64,000 nt of DNA. It comes from Fistulifera solaris (lineage: Eukaryota). Shown one piece after another: positions 23,424 through 36,001 of this stretch (position 1 is its first letter; each line of letters begins with the position of its first letter). The notes beneath the pieces are model-generated. The model saw only the letters and a program-made list of their open reading frames with translations, was not told where the DNA came from and ran no database searches. The stretch covers positions 124,001-188,000 of the forward strand of contig AP026137.1 of NCBI GenBank assembly GCA_030295235.1, in the 5' to 3' direction. A program made the position numbers and the translations under genes.

Positions 23424-24143
23424 TGTGTAGTGAAAGATTTGTTGGGTCAGTGAAAGAATGAATGTAGGAAAAAGCAATCGATATTTTCTTTGACAAAGAA
23501 TGAATGGAATAATGTGAATGAGAACAAGCGAAACAGAAGAAAACCGTTTCTCGTGGTTTTTGTCGGAAGATGAAAAAAAGATCCGATGGCAAAATAATGT
23601 TCGTGATTCTGTGTGGCTTCCACTTTGTGCTATATAGTAGAGAAGATTGGGCCAATCGGAATGCGCCAAAGACTTTCGAACCATCTGTCTGTCTTCGTGA
23701 CAGTCGGAAGTCGGAATTCGAAATCCCACTACTGCCTGTAGATACTGTAAAACTTCCAGAACTTTTGGTACGAGAGGAGAGTCCTCCACGATCGAGTCAG
23801 TCACGTGCGAATGAAATCGATGGGATTGAAATCGACGATAGGCTTCTGGGAGAGATTCTTTTCACTATTTTCATTGTTTTTAGCGATGCCTCTAGAAGAG
23901 AGTCTCTAGAGTATTGAGTCAAGGGAATCTCCATAAAGGGCTGATTCAGAGTGCTTTTATACTCAGAAACGAAAGAACGCTGAACTGTTGCCATCCGGTA
24001 TAGGTCCAAACTCATTGATCGGATGACCTAAAAACAAAGACAGGTTGACATATCATCGATTATCAGTCCTTCAGAAGAGACGCTAAACAAAGGCTTAATT
24101 TTAACGAAAGGATAGCTGTTATAGCTGCTTTGAGGAGTCATTT

Positions 24144-24650
24144 TTATCGATTCCAGCACTGATACGCCGCGCTGTCCAAGAGTGCATTTGCCACTTGCAG
24201 TAACTGCACATGACTCATTCCGGTCACTTCCCGCAATCGCTGTCGTCGCGTCATTTGATCCAATCGTCGTACTTGTTTCTTCTCAACAGAATTGGACAAA
24301 GGCGTGTATTCTGTAGCCGCGTAGGCCCAACCACATTGTAAGGCCAATCCGTCATAACAGAGAGGATGATCTCCAAGAATCGTTTCGTGCGTCCGGACTT
24401 GTACTTGTTCCGCAAAGCGGATACTGCGGCGGCAGCGTTTGCGTGCGTGTTGTTGTTGTTGTACGGAAGATGATGCCGGTTGTGGTCGAAAAAAGGATTC
24501 CGGCAACATGGTCATTCGGGTTGAAATGGGATGAGCCGTCGATAAGTCTTCATAATATCCGCCGTCGTGTTCTCCTTGATACGGCATATCGCCCCAACCA
24601 AACGTAAAGAGGTTATTGCATTCAGGTTGTCGGATGAGTAAAGTTTGCAT
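24144..24650 (-). CDS. Diatom-type hypothetical protein
   Basis: Motif SIRF...VQVRTHETILGDHPLC.DGLALQCGW...RRQRLREV resembles a recurrent uncharacterised diatom family (recognised from memory). The first ATG is at 24650. Confidence 0.6.
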   Translation of the reverse strand: MQTLLIRQPECNNLFTFGWGDMPYQGEHDGGYYEDLSTAHPISTRMTMLPESFFRPQPASSSVQQQQHARKRCRRSIRFAEQVQVRTHETILGDHPLCYDGLALQCGWAYAATEYTPLSNSVEKKQVRRLDQMTRRQRLREVTGMSHVQLLQVANALLDSAAYQCWNR

Positions 24651-25284
24651 AGTCACGAGTAGTGCGCCGTGTGAATCGTCAGTAATATAATTATTAATGA
24701 ATATAGCAATAAATGCAAGCAAGTGTCTTTTTTGTTTCGTCAAAGCGGAAAGAGAGGAGACTCAAGCGAAGTCCAAGAAGGCAGACCTTTGCTATGAACG
24801 AAAAGGATAACAAATGAGGAGGAAGAGGAAGTCAACACAAAGTACTCGAACGCCTTGAACAATGAAGATCAAACGCTTTTCGTTTTGAGGGAAAACGCCG
24901 ATCGTTTTGCAATTGCAAAATCATCGGGGGGACGCGAAACTAGTTTTCTGCCACGCTTTTTCGAAAGTGAGAACGGAAAATAGGACAACTCTATGTTCAA
25001 AGTGTACACGAGTTGTATTTGCGTTCCTCCGAAATTCCGATGTCGATGACCCAGTGTCATTGCATTCAGTCGTGCGTCGACGGACTCCCGAATATTCGAA
25101 TCATCAAGTCACGATCCATTCAATCCCGAGTCGATTTCGTTTACCGCCTTACCGCAGTTACTGAAAAAAAAATATTGTCATCGCACATTGCCAACACCCC
25201 AATTCACGGAAACGACCCATCCATTGTGTTCGTTTTTGTATTGTTCATTCTCTAACTAATCAATAAATAAACAACAAAAACAAT

Positions 25285-25704
25285 ATGAAATACTCTGCCA
25301 CAGTCACTTCGTCACGCCGCAAGAACCGTAAGGCCCACTTTGGGGCACATTCCGAAGCCCGCCGCGTCTTGATGAGCGCCAACTTGTCGAAGGAATTGCA
25401 AGCGCGTCACGGGGCCCGTAGCATGCCGCTCCGCAAGGACGATGAAGTCATGATTGTTCGTGGTATGTACAAGGGACGAGATGGAAAAATTACCGCGTGC
25501 TTTCGAAAGAAAATGGTCGTGCACATTGAACGCATTCATCGGGACAAGACGAATGGTCAGCAAGTGCCCGTTGGTATTCAAGCGTCCAATGTTGTCATTA
25601 CGAAATTGAAAATGGATAAGGATCGTAAGGCCAAGTTGGAAGCCAAGGCGAATGGCAAGAAGGCGAGTAAGGGAGGTGATGCTACCATGAGTAATGTTGA
25701 TTAA
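25285..25704 (+). CDS. RPL26: 60S ribosomal protein L26 (uL24)
   Basis: [40 protein letters not shown] and HIERI.RDK.NG are diagnostic. Confidence 0.98.
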   Translation: MKYSATVTSSRRKNRKAHFGAHSEARRVLMSANLSKELQARHGARSMPLRKDDEVMIVRGMYKGRDGKITACFRKKMVVHIERIHRDKTNGQQVPVGIQASNVVITKLKMDKDRKAKLEAKANGKKASKGGDATMSNVD

Positions 25705-25896
25705 GAATTTTAATGCAACAATAATTTTAAGTAAAGTACTGTTACTACAGCTCCATTCAAGACGAAAATGGACTTTAAGTACTCCGCATTCATCAATTGT
25801 GTGCGTTAAGCAATATAATTCGAAATTTACAGACGTGTTGGATGATACACGAAGCAAATTCGATTCGAGTGTCTTTTGTTTACAGCATCTTGTCCT

Positions 25897-26835
25897 TTAT
25901 CCGAATCCTTTGTGCGGTAATTTTCTTTTCTTCTTGCCTTTGGCCGCTTCTCGACGTTGTTGACGATTCATTCGACCCGCTTCTTCATCTCCTTTACTAT
26001 CTAAATCATCATCTTCATACTCGATAAAGTCACCATCGTTATCATCATCATCATCATTATCCCCCAAAGAATCGTCCTCCACTTCCGTATTCACCAACAA
26101 ATCAGGATCCAATCGCGCCAAGAGAGCATATTCTTCCGGTTCCAAGATTTCCAACGCTGTCTCTGTCGCTTCTTGTTCGAGACTACGACGTTCTAATTGG
26201 CGTTGTTTCTTTTGTTCTTGTAGTAGAATCAAGTTCGGATCGGGTTTCTTGCGGCCCTGTGAGACGGTGAGAAGACGTCCTTGATAATTGCAGTGATGCA
26301 ATTGCTCAATGGCCAAAGTCGCCAAATGGGCCGCCGCAAACGTCACAAACGCATAACCTTTCGATTGTCCCGTCTTCCATTCGCGTATAATATCGACATT
26401 CTGGTGTAGTAACAACGATGCCGGCGTCGCCATCTGATCGCACAACCACGTCTGGAGTTCTTCGCTCGTGGTGTTGTAGGGTAAATTACCGATAAACACG
26501 AGGCAAGGATTGACAAAGCGTTTGGTACCGACCCGTCCGGCCGTTTGTACACGTTGTTGATGCAAATCCAGAATGCGTGATCCAGTTTGATGATGTCTCG
26601 GTTTGTTGTTGTTGTTTTCTGCTACCGTTGCTGATGGTGTCTTCTTCTTGTCATCATTTGTAGCTTTTCGAAACGCCGGTTGGGAAAATTTGGCCATTTT
26701 CAAGCGTGTCGTATTCTCGATGAATACTCTCCTCGACGATATTGACGATATTGACGACGACGACGACGACCATCCTTGCACGAATGGTCGACAAGAGTTT
26801 ATTAGAAGCACAAAAAGAAGAGCGAATATTGGCAT
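25897..26835 (-). CDS. RRM-domain RNA-binding protein, probably plastid-targeted
   Basis: RNP2 VFIGNL and RNP1 KGYAFVTF; signal peptide plus VQGW and a Ser-rich transit peptide; acidic then basic C-terminus. Confidence 0.88.
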   Translation of the reverse strand: MPIFALLFVLLINSCRPFVQGWSSSSSSISSISSRRVFIENTTRLKMAKFSQPAFRKATNDDKKKTPSATVAENNNNKPRHHQTGSRILDLHQQRVQTAGRVGTKRFVNPCLVFIGNLPYNTTSEELQTWLCDQMATPASLLLHQNVDIIREWKTGQSKGYAFVTFAAAHLATLAIEQLHHCNYQGRLLTVSQGRKKPDPNLILLQEQKKQRQLERRSLEQEATETALEILEPEEYALLARLDPDLLVNTEVEDDSLGDNDDDDDNDGDFIEYEDDDLDSKGDEEAGRMNRQQRREAAKGKKKRKLPHKGFG

Positions 26836-27753
26836 CCTCTTATGCGACGATGTATGCTAAGGACAAACTGTGGGATAAAGGAATGTTACAGCAAAGACGA
26901 TGCAGGCTACGTTCGCAACATTGTCATCATCATGGTTGTTTATTCTTTCCTTCTTTCGTCGTTTTTTGTTCCGCGAAGCGTTCGATGGTGTCGATTGTAC
27001 CAGGTAGTTCCGACAACAGACAGACGGATTTTGTCCGCCGACCGACCGCTTTTGAGAGCCAGTGCGCCACATTTAGTACCGGTTGACCTTGGCATATTGT
27101 GCGTATTATAACGATGATGCGACTATTAGAAACGACGATGATGATGAGTGATGAGATGCGAACAAATAATCAAGGGACCGATAGCGCTCAAGTAGACAAA
27201 TAATCGGCTGTTGTTCATTCTCAAAAGAAAGCTAAAAAGACACCGTGCCGTGCCTCGGCTTGCAGCAATTTACCGGAAAAAACGGACAGCGAATATTTCA
27301 GGCAAGAGACAGAAAAACTGAATTATCATCAATGGTCTCCAATGTGCAGCTTTCTTAATCGGTACGTATAGAAGACCTTAGCTTTGATTCGCAATGCCAT
27401 GAATGGCTTTTTCTATCCTTCCTTCTTCCCTCTTCCTTATGATGAGTCACTGATGCATCTATTATACGGACCTAAATTACCTTTCGTACAGTAACGATGC
27501 GATTGCCGATGGCAAGGAACTTCTCGGTGGTTCTTTACAACAATAAGATACCAGTATTCATTCCTTCAGCGGACACTTTGTATGGGAGACGACGAGAGAC
27601 GAGACACGTTACACGTTTCAAAGATTCCCTCAAACTCAAACGCTTCGATGTTTATTTCATTACAAATATTGATGACACAACAACGAACGCACGAGGTAAT
27701 ATCAACAATTCTCACAAACACATCATAAAAGGCTTTGCGATACCATTCTCAAC

Positions 27754-29634
27754 ATGAGAGAACGCAATGTCAACAAGCAGCATGAAAATGACGAGAGCGA
27801 GAACTTGTCGCAAGAAGCCACAGTTGCAGCGAAACGAACACTATCGATGAAGCATCTTCTCTTATTGTTCTTCGTGGGGATCGTTGCGTGGTTTCATCTT
27901 ATCCTTGAGATGCAACTGGTGTCGTTACCCCCTTGTTTGCAACATCCATGCGGCTTTCTTCAGGTTAAGGTGAAACGTGGCAGCAAAGTGAATTGCGAAG
28001 AGAAATGTGTCTATCGTTGGAAACTCCACACAATCAGCGAAGGATGGAGTTGCGGAAAATGTCGGCAATGTTTCAATACCAAAATGGAACTCAAGGAAGC
28101 CGTGAATTATACCATGTATGATTCTGTTTCCGCCAAAGCAGCGTACGCTGACAGTTACGGCTGGCCGATGGGAAGGTGGTGTTTTACGACCAACGTCAAA
28201 GATATGAGCTCGCTGTTTGCCGATACTGCCACTTCTTACACGTTTCACAATGTGGATTTGTCCGACTGGGATACTTCACACGTGACGGACATGTCGCGCA
28301 TGTTTTCCGACCGATTTTTTATGGACTTTCGGATCGATGCGTGGAATGTATCGAACGTACGAAATATGCGCGAGATGTTGGCTCGAGTTTGGGTGTTCGA
28401 CACAAATCTTTCCAGCTGGGACACGTTGAGAGTGACAGATATGACGGGAATGTTCGCAAGTCCTTTCACTGCAATAAGAGGCTTCAATAACGACATCAGT
28501 TCTTGGAATGTTTCAAACGTACGTGATATGCGGCATATGTTCTACCACGCCGAAGAGTTCAACCTGGACCTCTCTTTTTGGGACACCTCATCTGTAACGA
28601 ACATGTCTTCGATGTTCTTTGGGGCATCTCGTTTTCAAGGAGAAGGTATCGGCAATTGGAATGTCACCAACGTACGAAATATGTATGCCATGTTTGGTGG
28701 TGCCGTGCAGTTCAACACAAACTTGTCGAAATGGGACACTTCTAGCGTGTCGGATATGTCCTGCATGTTCAATGAGGCCCATGGTTTTAAAGGTGACATT
28801 AGCACATGGAATGTTTCCAATGTCAGAGACCTATCTGCCATGTTTCGGCACGCTGGCAACTTCACTTCGGACTTGTCCGACTGGGACACTTCCAGTGCTA
28901 CCGATATTTCAAACATGTTTCGGGGAGCTACCAATTTCCAAAGCGACATCAGCTTGTGGGATGTATCGAATCTTTGGAGAATGACGAGCGCGTTTGACAA
29001 AGCGGCATCGTTCAATTCCGATTTGTCAAAGTGGGACGTATCGAGGATAGGGGACATGTCGAAAGTGTTTCGTGGGGCGCGAAGCTTCAATCAGAACATC
29101 AACTCCTGGAACGTTGCCGGTGTTGGGAGCATGGAGTCCATGTTTCGTGATGCTACCAGTTTTAATTCGGATCTTTCGAGCTGGGAAACATCTAACGTTG
29201 TTTTTATGGCTGGTATGTTTTTAGGGGCCAGCCAGTTTAACGGCAACATTGGTCCGTGGAAGGTCTTTCGCGCAGCAGATATGACCAACATGTTTCGTGA
29301 CGCTTCCGCTTTTAATTCCGACATTACAGGCTGGGACACATCCAATGTACGAGAAATGCAATCCATGTTTTCGGAAGCGACGAGTTTCAATCAGGACATT
29401 AGTTCTTGGAATGTGGCCAAGGTACAGACAATGACGAACATGTTTGTGGGCGCGAGCAGCTTCAATCAAAGTCTTTGCCAATGGGGAAAGGACTTGTCTC
29501 ACCGACGATATATTGGAGTGCCTGGTTTCGTGGAAAACACCGCTTGTCCGAATCAGACGTCCCCCGATTTGTATCGAGATCCACCCGGGCCATTCTGCTA
29601 CAACTGCGCAGATCATTTTTCGACTCGAATGTGA
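27754..29634 (+). CDS. BspA-like / DUF285 surface repeat protein (16 repeats) with an N-terminal membrane anchor
   Basis: 25-aa repeats DLS.WDTS.VT.M..MF..A..F, a YGWPMGRWC N-cap and an NQSLCQW..CPNQTSP....PPGPFCYNC C-cap. A hydrophobic helix follows a ~30-aa polar leader. Confidence 0.9.
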   Translation: MRERNVNKQHENDESENLSQEATVAAKRTLSMKHLLLLFFVGIVAWFHLILEMQLVSLPPCLQHPCGFLQVKVKRGSKVNCEEKCVYRWKLHTISEGWSCGKCRQCFNTKMELKEAVNYTMYDSVSAKAAYADSYGWPMGRWCFTTNVKDMSSLFADTATSYTFHNVDLSDWDTSHVTDMSRMFSDRFFMDFRIDAWNVSNVRNMREMLARVWVFDTNLSSWDTLRVTDMTGMFASPFTAIRGFNNDISSWNVSNVRDMRHMFYHAEEFNLDLSFWDTSSVTNMSSMFFGASRFQGEGIGNWNVTNVRNMYAMFGGAVQFNTNLSKWDTSSVSDMSCMFNEAHGFKGDISTWNVSNVRDLSAMFRHAGNFTSDLSDWDTSSATDISNMFRGATNFQSDISLWDVSNLWRMTSAFDKAASFNSDLSKWDVSRIGDMSKVFRGARSFNQNINSWNVAGVGSMESMFRDATSFNSDLSSWETSNVVFMAGMFLGASQFNGNIGPWKVFRAADMTNMFRDASAFNSDITGWDTSNVREMQSMFSEATSFNQDISSWNVAKVQTMTNMFVGASSFNQSLCQWGKDLSHRRYIGVPGFVENTACPNQTSPDLYRDPPGPFCYNCADHFSTRM

Positions 29635-29699
29635 TGTAACTGGAGTTGCTCCGAAGTGGCTTGTTGTTAGTTTAGAAATCCTGTGGACGCCAGCCATAA

Positions 29700-30990
29700 A
29701 GATGGCGTCCTGATGAGCAAGTGCCATTTCGTTGTTTGGTGCGTCGACAAATTTTGCGTCGGACAAATGGCAAGTTTTCACAAGGATGAACTGAAATTTG
29801 CCGTGAATCACACAATGAAGGACGCCATTTCCGCCAAAGCAACGTAGGCCGACACGTACGGCTGGCCGATGGAAAAGTGGTGTTTTACGGTCACCGACCT
29901 GAGTCAACTGTTCGAACCAACTCCTTTTTCGTACGAACGTGTGATCTTGCCTTACAATATTGATTCCTGGAATGTATCCAACGTGAAAATATGAGTCGAA
30001 TGTTTGCGGGCATATCCTATTTGAGTTCGGAGCTGTTTCACTGGGACACGTCGAATGTGATGGACATGTCGGGCATGTTCTGTAATGTCAAACGTTTCGA
30101 TGGTGATCTCGGTTCGTGGAATGTTTCCAACGTCCGTGATATGCATTCCATGTTCCTTTGGACCGGCAGTTTCAATGTCGATCTCTCAACCTGGGATACT
30201 TCGAGAGTGACAGACATGTCGATGCTGTTGGGTGGATTTCATTTTTGAGTATCGACGTCGGTCGATGGAATGTTTCCCATGTTCAAAACATGTATGGAAT
30301 GTTGGCGGGTGCGTCGCAGCTCAATCCCGACTTATCCAACTGGGATACCTCTCGTGTGACGAACATGTCGACTATGTTTGCTTCGGCGACGGCGTTCGAT
30401 GGTGATATCCGCGCTTGGACCGTTTCCAACGTAACAAACATGAAAGATATGTTTTGGGGGGCCGATAACTTCCATTCCGATTTGTTAGACTGGGATACAT
30501 CCAGAGTTACGGACATGGGAAACATGTTTCTTGCGGCACTTCGCTTCAATAAAGATCTATACAGTTGGGATACATCTAGGGTCACGAGCATGGCAACCAT
30601 GTTTGGCCGCGCGATTAGATTCAATGGCGATATAAGCCTTTGGAACGTATCGAATGTTCGAGATATGGATCGCATGTTTTCCAATACGGGTCGTTTTAGT
30701 TCGGATCTCTCCAAATGGGACACGTCCAGCGTGACTAGAATGTCCTTTATGTTCGAATCAGCATCCAAGTTCAATCAGGACATTAGTTCTTGGAATATAT
30801 CAAAATTTACAAACAATCAGTTGTATGTTTAACGGAGCGAGGAGTTATAATCGGAGTCTTTGTAAATGGGGACGTCAAATGGTTGAAAGGAGTGTTGTTG
30901 TGACGGATGTCTTTACGTCTACGTCCTGTCCAAATCAATCGACGCCCAACTTGCTTCGCGATCCAGCGGGTCCTTTTGCTACAATTGCGG
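29700..30990 (+). pseudogene. Degraded BspA/DUF285 copy
   Basis: YGWPMEKWCF cap near 29857, repeats in several frames with stops, and a C-cap SCPNQSTPNLLRDPAGPF. No intact N-terminus. Boundaries are approximate. Confidence 0.75.
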
Positions 30991-31843
30991 TTCACCGTAA
31001 TAATCGCCCAAGAGGATCCAGTGAGCTGAAAATACGTCGTACCGACCGACCGAATTGATTTGCCTTCTCGACAAGTAGCTTCGTTCGGAAGCGTATACGT
31101 TCGGGGTCACAAGCACAGCCATCGATCACAATATTGGGCCCCGAAATCCCGCTCGAGTCTTGTCGCATCATTCGCACGACTTTCTTTTCCTTCTCAAATT
31201 GCAACTCGTGCGTCCGGAGAATCGGTCACCAATCAATGTTGCGCCTGGAGCCACCGTAACCATCTGCCGTATAAAAAGGATGCCCTCTTCATCTTTGAAC
31301 TAGGGGCGCGTCAGTGAATGAAGCACCGACTGCTGCACTTCCTCTACTGTCGCTCGTGTGTCAGCAAGAAGTTCATGAAAAAGTCATTGCAAACACTGAA
31401 GTCAAGAGCTGTGTACTGTATCGAAGCAGCCACGAAGCCACATCATCATTTTGTATTTGCCGACGGCATGAGGGATAATCATCAACTATCAACTTCTCTT
31501 TTCTAGTCGTCCCATCATCGTCACATTTTCTTCACTCGTAGTAACCAATCAAACAGCCACACAACCATGCACCATGCACGCGACTTTTCTTCGGTCTAGC
31601 TTCATGAGAAACGCAGTGAAAACGCAAAATAATAATGTCGGCGGCAATCTGATCGGTGATCGACATCTTGTCCGACAGCGAGTGCAGAGCATCTACTTTG
31701 TACTTTGTACATCGACACGAAAGAACAGACACAATGTACAAGACTCTACATTATTTACTATAGCCTTCGTTTGTTTACTTGAATTTGAATGTATTTGGAA
31801 TTTGGAATGATACAGTTGTGTGTTGTGTTTGAGAGCTCATGGT

Positions 31844-31872
31844 CAGCACGAGACAAAATGCGTCGAGCACGC
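31844..31872 (+). promoter_or_regulatory. Conserved upstream element shared with 9361-9389
   Basis: 24/29 identity with 9361-9389. An extra inverted GAGCACG lies at 31894-31900. Confidence 0.6.
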
Positions 31873-32065
31873 TCTTGAAGAATTTCCGCGAAACGTGCTC
31901 GTGTCCCACTTTTGCTTGATAGTGAAAAGCGGAGAACCGCCTCTGCCATCACTTTTCGTTTTCCCTTTTCACCGATCCAGGAAAAAGGAAAGATTGCAGC
32001 ATCTTTGACATATCGACATTATTATTTCGACCATTCATTCATTCATCCATAACATCCACCACAAA

Positions 32066-33512
32066 ATGCTTGTCGTCGTCAGTGTGCTATCCTTGCTGCT
32101 CAGCTCAGCGGTCGCTCGTACCTTTGTCGATGATCGAGGTGTGACACATGAAATCAATGGCAAGCCGACGTTTGTTACCTTTGCACACACGGCCGTGACC
32201 TTGTCTCATTTCGGTACGTTGATGTGTTGATGGCGTCGTATTTTTGTTCGCCAACGAACTCACACTCGTTCACAAAACACAAACAGGTCTTACCAAGGAC
32301 CAACTTGTCGGTGTCTATGGTGAATATGCCAATCAAGGATCCGATTTCAATTTCGAGGTCATGAGCGAAGAGTCGACCTACCCGGCTGATCCGACGCCCG
32401 AAGAAATGGAGTTCATTACGTCGGTGCCCCATCTTTCTCCCAGTTGTCAAGTCGGATACTGTCAGGAGTTCGATGTCGAAGCGTTTGAAACAATCAAGCC
32501 TGACTATCTTGTTATGCACGGATACCGAGGTGAATTGTGGGGCTTCAACTCGACCATTGAGAAGCAAGTCGTCAACATTATCGGTAAACCCATCATTTAC
32601 ATCGATGTCGCTCAACAAGGATCTAACTGCATCGGTGAAGACAATGCTAATCAGTGCAACGGCAAGTCTATGATCGAAGTCATTGAACAGTACGATGCTT
32701 TGGCCATGGCCTTGGGCATTCCCCGTCCCGCATCGGTCGCACAAGACAAGCGTGACATGTGCCAGGCCGCTCAAGCCTTCCAAGAAGCCGCCGAGGCTGC
32801 GCAATCGAAGGGTGTTCGTGCGTTGGCCGGTTACATCGACGCGACTCCCAACGCTACATCCTATTTGGCCTATCCCTCCGATGACATGGTATTGCGCATG
32901 TTCGAAGAACTCGGTATGCCCATCTTGCATCCGGGTAGTTGCACCGCTGAAACCTGTGATACGACGCAATACTTTTGGGAGTGGATTCCGACCGCAGAAT
33001 TGTTCCCCAACTGCGCGGACGGACAAGCCTTCTCGGAATGCGCTGACACTCCCTTGTACCCCGTCGATTTGTGGTTGTACGATCACCGCACGACCTTGAC
33101 CTTCACCAGTCCCGACTTCAAGACGTCCTTCCCCGACTTGGCCGTCGTTCAAGGCCAGGTCGCCTACTGGCCCATTGGTGGTGGTATTATCTCGTACAAG
33201 CACGCCGCCGAGATTTTGAACATTGTGGCGCCAATTCTCGCGTCCGCCGAACGCATTCATCCGGGTACTGCCTGCACGCCCGCCGATGTGTCTTCCGTCG
33301 AGCACGCGCAAGATGGTTTGGAACCGAGTCAATATGCTTGTTACGATGAGTCCGTACACCGTCTCGAATATTTCCAGTGCCCCGCCTCTGATGACAAGGC
33401 CTTGTCGGGAGGTGCCATTTCGGGTATTGTTATTGCCGGTGTGGTTGTACTAGGAGCGGTAGCCATGTTTGTGATGCGTCGAAATAGATACGGAAAGGAA
33501 GCGTCCTCGTAA
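32066..33512 (+). CDS. Second siderophore-binding-type (FBP1/DesE-like) paralog; exons 32066-32213 and 32287-33512
   Basis: Exon 1 (MLVVVSVLSLLLSSAVARTFVDDRGVTHEINGKPTFVTFAHTAVTLSHFG) is missed by the ORF track. The 73-nt intron GTACGT..AACAG is at the same codon as in the 9498 paralog. C-terminal TM helix. Confidence 0.78.
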
Positions 33513-34537
33513 ATTGGAAAAGGCATCGATTTACTCGAGGTGATTCCGTTTGAGGTTCATGTTCCATGTTGATTGTGAAGAAAGTGATCAGTTACATTTT
33601 AACTTTAAGCAGTTTTCAATGTCATATTCGACTTGTCGTATGTGCTTGAATTCACGTTTCGCTCGCACCAAAAAATGATTCACTGACGCAATCGCTGGCA
33701 CACTCCCTTGGTTCGAGCCGAAAAGGACCATCTCTTTCTCAACAAAAGCGCAAAGAGAGCTCTTTTGCACGAAAGAGACCCTGAATCGTCATTGTTGTTT
33801 TGTACGAAATACTACGTATTATTTGTCGTCTCTTCGTGTCCTCTCATTGCCTTGCTCTTTGTCACTTGTCCTCTTTCATCGTAAAATAAATATTTATTTC
33901 CTTCATTCGCTTCCAATGAAAAATAATGAAACACACGATCATCGATCATTTACGTGTTACGGGTGGACGGACAGAAATCCAGTCCCGTCATGTCTCGGAT
34001 CACGATAAAACTTTGTTGGAATGAATTTCTAAAAGAATTATTGTTGCATTCTCCGAAAGTTTCATAATTGTATGTAGAAATAACTTTGCTAGTCGTAGCT
34101 ATGATTGCGGATGTGGTTGTCGCTAGTTAATGGAAAATATTGCGTCGTTGCTAAGTCAACTAGGAGCTAAAACCCCAATATTTTTCACGGTCCGACAGAT
34201 GGAGCTCTCATTCGCTTATAGTACTGCTATCGCAGTGGGTATGATGACAAAGAGGCAAAGAGGCGATCGATCGCGATTTTATTGACAACGAAACAAAGCA
34301 TGCAAACCACAAGTTCGCATCGGGGATGATGGCTTCCTTCTTCACTGGAACATGAACGCAGAAGCCACAATGAAGAAGAGATCACATTTCGGGCAACACA
34401 CAAGCAATAATGGAAGCACGAATGAAGAACACGAACTTGTTTGTTCAAAAGGTGTGCCCCGAAGCATCCTTCATAAAAAATGAACCATCAACTTGTCTAT
34501 CGCAACTGATCAATACAACCGTCTACAACAATCCGCC

Positions 34538-35980
34538 ATGAATCGTTTCTTTCTGCTCGCGCTCTTTGCATCTCTTCTCTACCCCAAAGCTGAAGCACGA
34601 CGGCTGGGGGCACAATCGTGCTTTAATTTCAATGTTCGTTGTGGCTTCCTCCGAATGCACGCTCATCACATTAAAGAAGACAAGACGTGCGAAACGAAGT
34701 GCGTCAGTTGGGCCAAGTTCATTGCGCTCAGTGCCCAGGGCTGGAAGTGTGGCAAATGCCCGCAGTGCTTTACGTCCAGGAACGACCTGCAGAAAGCCGT
34801 GGACTTGATTGTCGCTCAAGAGCCTTGGGCCGAAGCCCTTCTAGGAAGCAAGTACGGATGGCCCATCGGTAAATGGTGTTTCACCGAAAACGTCACGGAT
34901 ATGAGCGGCCTGTTTGAAAACTCGACCATCTTCAATCAAAGCTTGTCGGAATGGGACACTTCGCGTGTCACCGACATGTCCCGCATGTTTTACGATGCCT
35001 ACGTCTTTCGCAGTGATCTCAGTGCCTGGAATGTGTCCAACGTCCAAAATACCGCATCCATGTTTGACGGGGCTTCCGAATTCGATTCGGATCTTTCACA
35101 ATGGGACGTCTCACAAGTCACCAATATGCAAGGCATGTTTCGCAAGGCGTTCGCGTTCACCAGTAGTGTGAGTGATTGGGATGTATCGAAAGTTCGCAAC
35201 ATGGCATCGACCTTTGCAAATGCCTTTAGCTTTAACTCGGATGTATCGAATTGGAATACGTCCAGTGTCACCGATATGTCGAATATGTTTGACTTTGCCA
35301 GGAGTTTCGATGGCGATTTGAGCCGTTGGGACGTTTCCAAAGTGCGAGACATGTCCGCAATGTTGGCCGGCGTGGCCGGCTCCAACATGGACCTTTCGAA
35401 ATGGGACACGTCCAGCGTCACTGATATGTATTGGATGTTTTATTGGGCACCAAATTTTAACGGCAATATCAGTACTTGGGATGTTTCGAACGTACGGAAT
35501 ATGGCAGCCATGTTTACCTTTGATGCGAATTTCAACTCGGATATTTCCAAGTGGGATGTTTCAAGTGTCACTGACATGTCTTGGATGTTTGATCACGCAA
35601 CGGGTTTCAATAGCGATATCAGTTCGTGGAATCCTGCTAGTGTAAAGGATGTGCACGGCATGTTTCAATACGCCGAAAGTTTCAACTCTGACATATCGGG
35701 ATGGGACACGTCCAGCACCACGGACATGATGCAAATGTTTTATCACGCCTTGGCGTTCAATCGCGACATTAGTGCGTGGGATGTGTCGAAGGTTACCTCT
35801 TCGGGGTCCATGTTTTTGGAAGCCGCTAGTTTCAACCAGAATCTTTGTCCGTGGGGAAGCCAGTGGCAAGACAAACCGGATATGCCGATATATTGGTTCG
35901 GGGCATCTATTTTCGAGGGAACAGCTTGTCCGAATCAAACTTTGACGGCGAATGTTAGACTTGATGTCGACGGACAATGA
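34538..35980 (+). CDS. Secreted BspA/DUF285 protein (12 repeats) with a truncated C-cap
   Basis: Signal peptide from ATG 34538 (matches paralog starts), Cys-rich N-domain, then repeats. Homology stops after CPNQT (~35940), and the PPGPFC..C end of the paralogs is absent. Confidence 0.88.
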   Translation: MNRFFLLALFASLLYPKAEARRLGAQSCFNFNVRCGFLRMHAHHIKEDKTCETKCVSWAKFIALSAQGWKCGKCPQCFTSRNDLQKAVDLIVAQEPWAEALLGSKYGWPIGKWCFTENVTDMSGLFENSTIFNQSLSEWDTSRVTDMSRMFYDAYVFRSDLSAWNVSNVQNTASMFDGASEFDSDLSQWDVSQVTNMQGMFRKAFAFTSSVSDWDVSKVRNMASTFANAFSFNSDVSNWNTSSVTDMSNMFDFARSFDGDLSRWDVSKVRDMSAMLAGVAGSNMDLSKWDTSSVTDMYWMFYWAPNFNGNISTWDVSNVRNMAAMFTFDANFNSDISKWDVSSVTDMSWMFDHATGFNSDISSWNPASVKDVHGMFQYAESFNSDISGWDTSSTTDMMQMFYHALAFNRDISAWDVSKVTSSGSMFLEAASFNQNLCPWGSQWQDKPDMPIYWFGASIFEGTACPNQTLTANVRLDVDGQ

Positions 35981-36000
35981 ATCAACCTCAAGAGACTACC

Positions 36001-36001
<1 letters not shown>

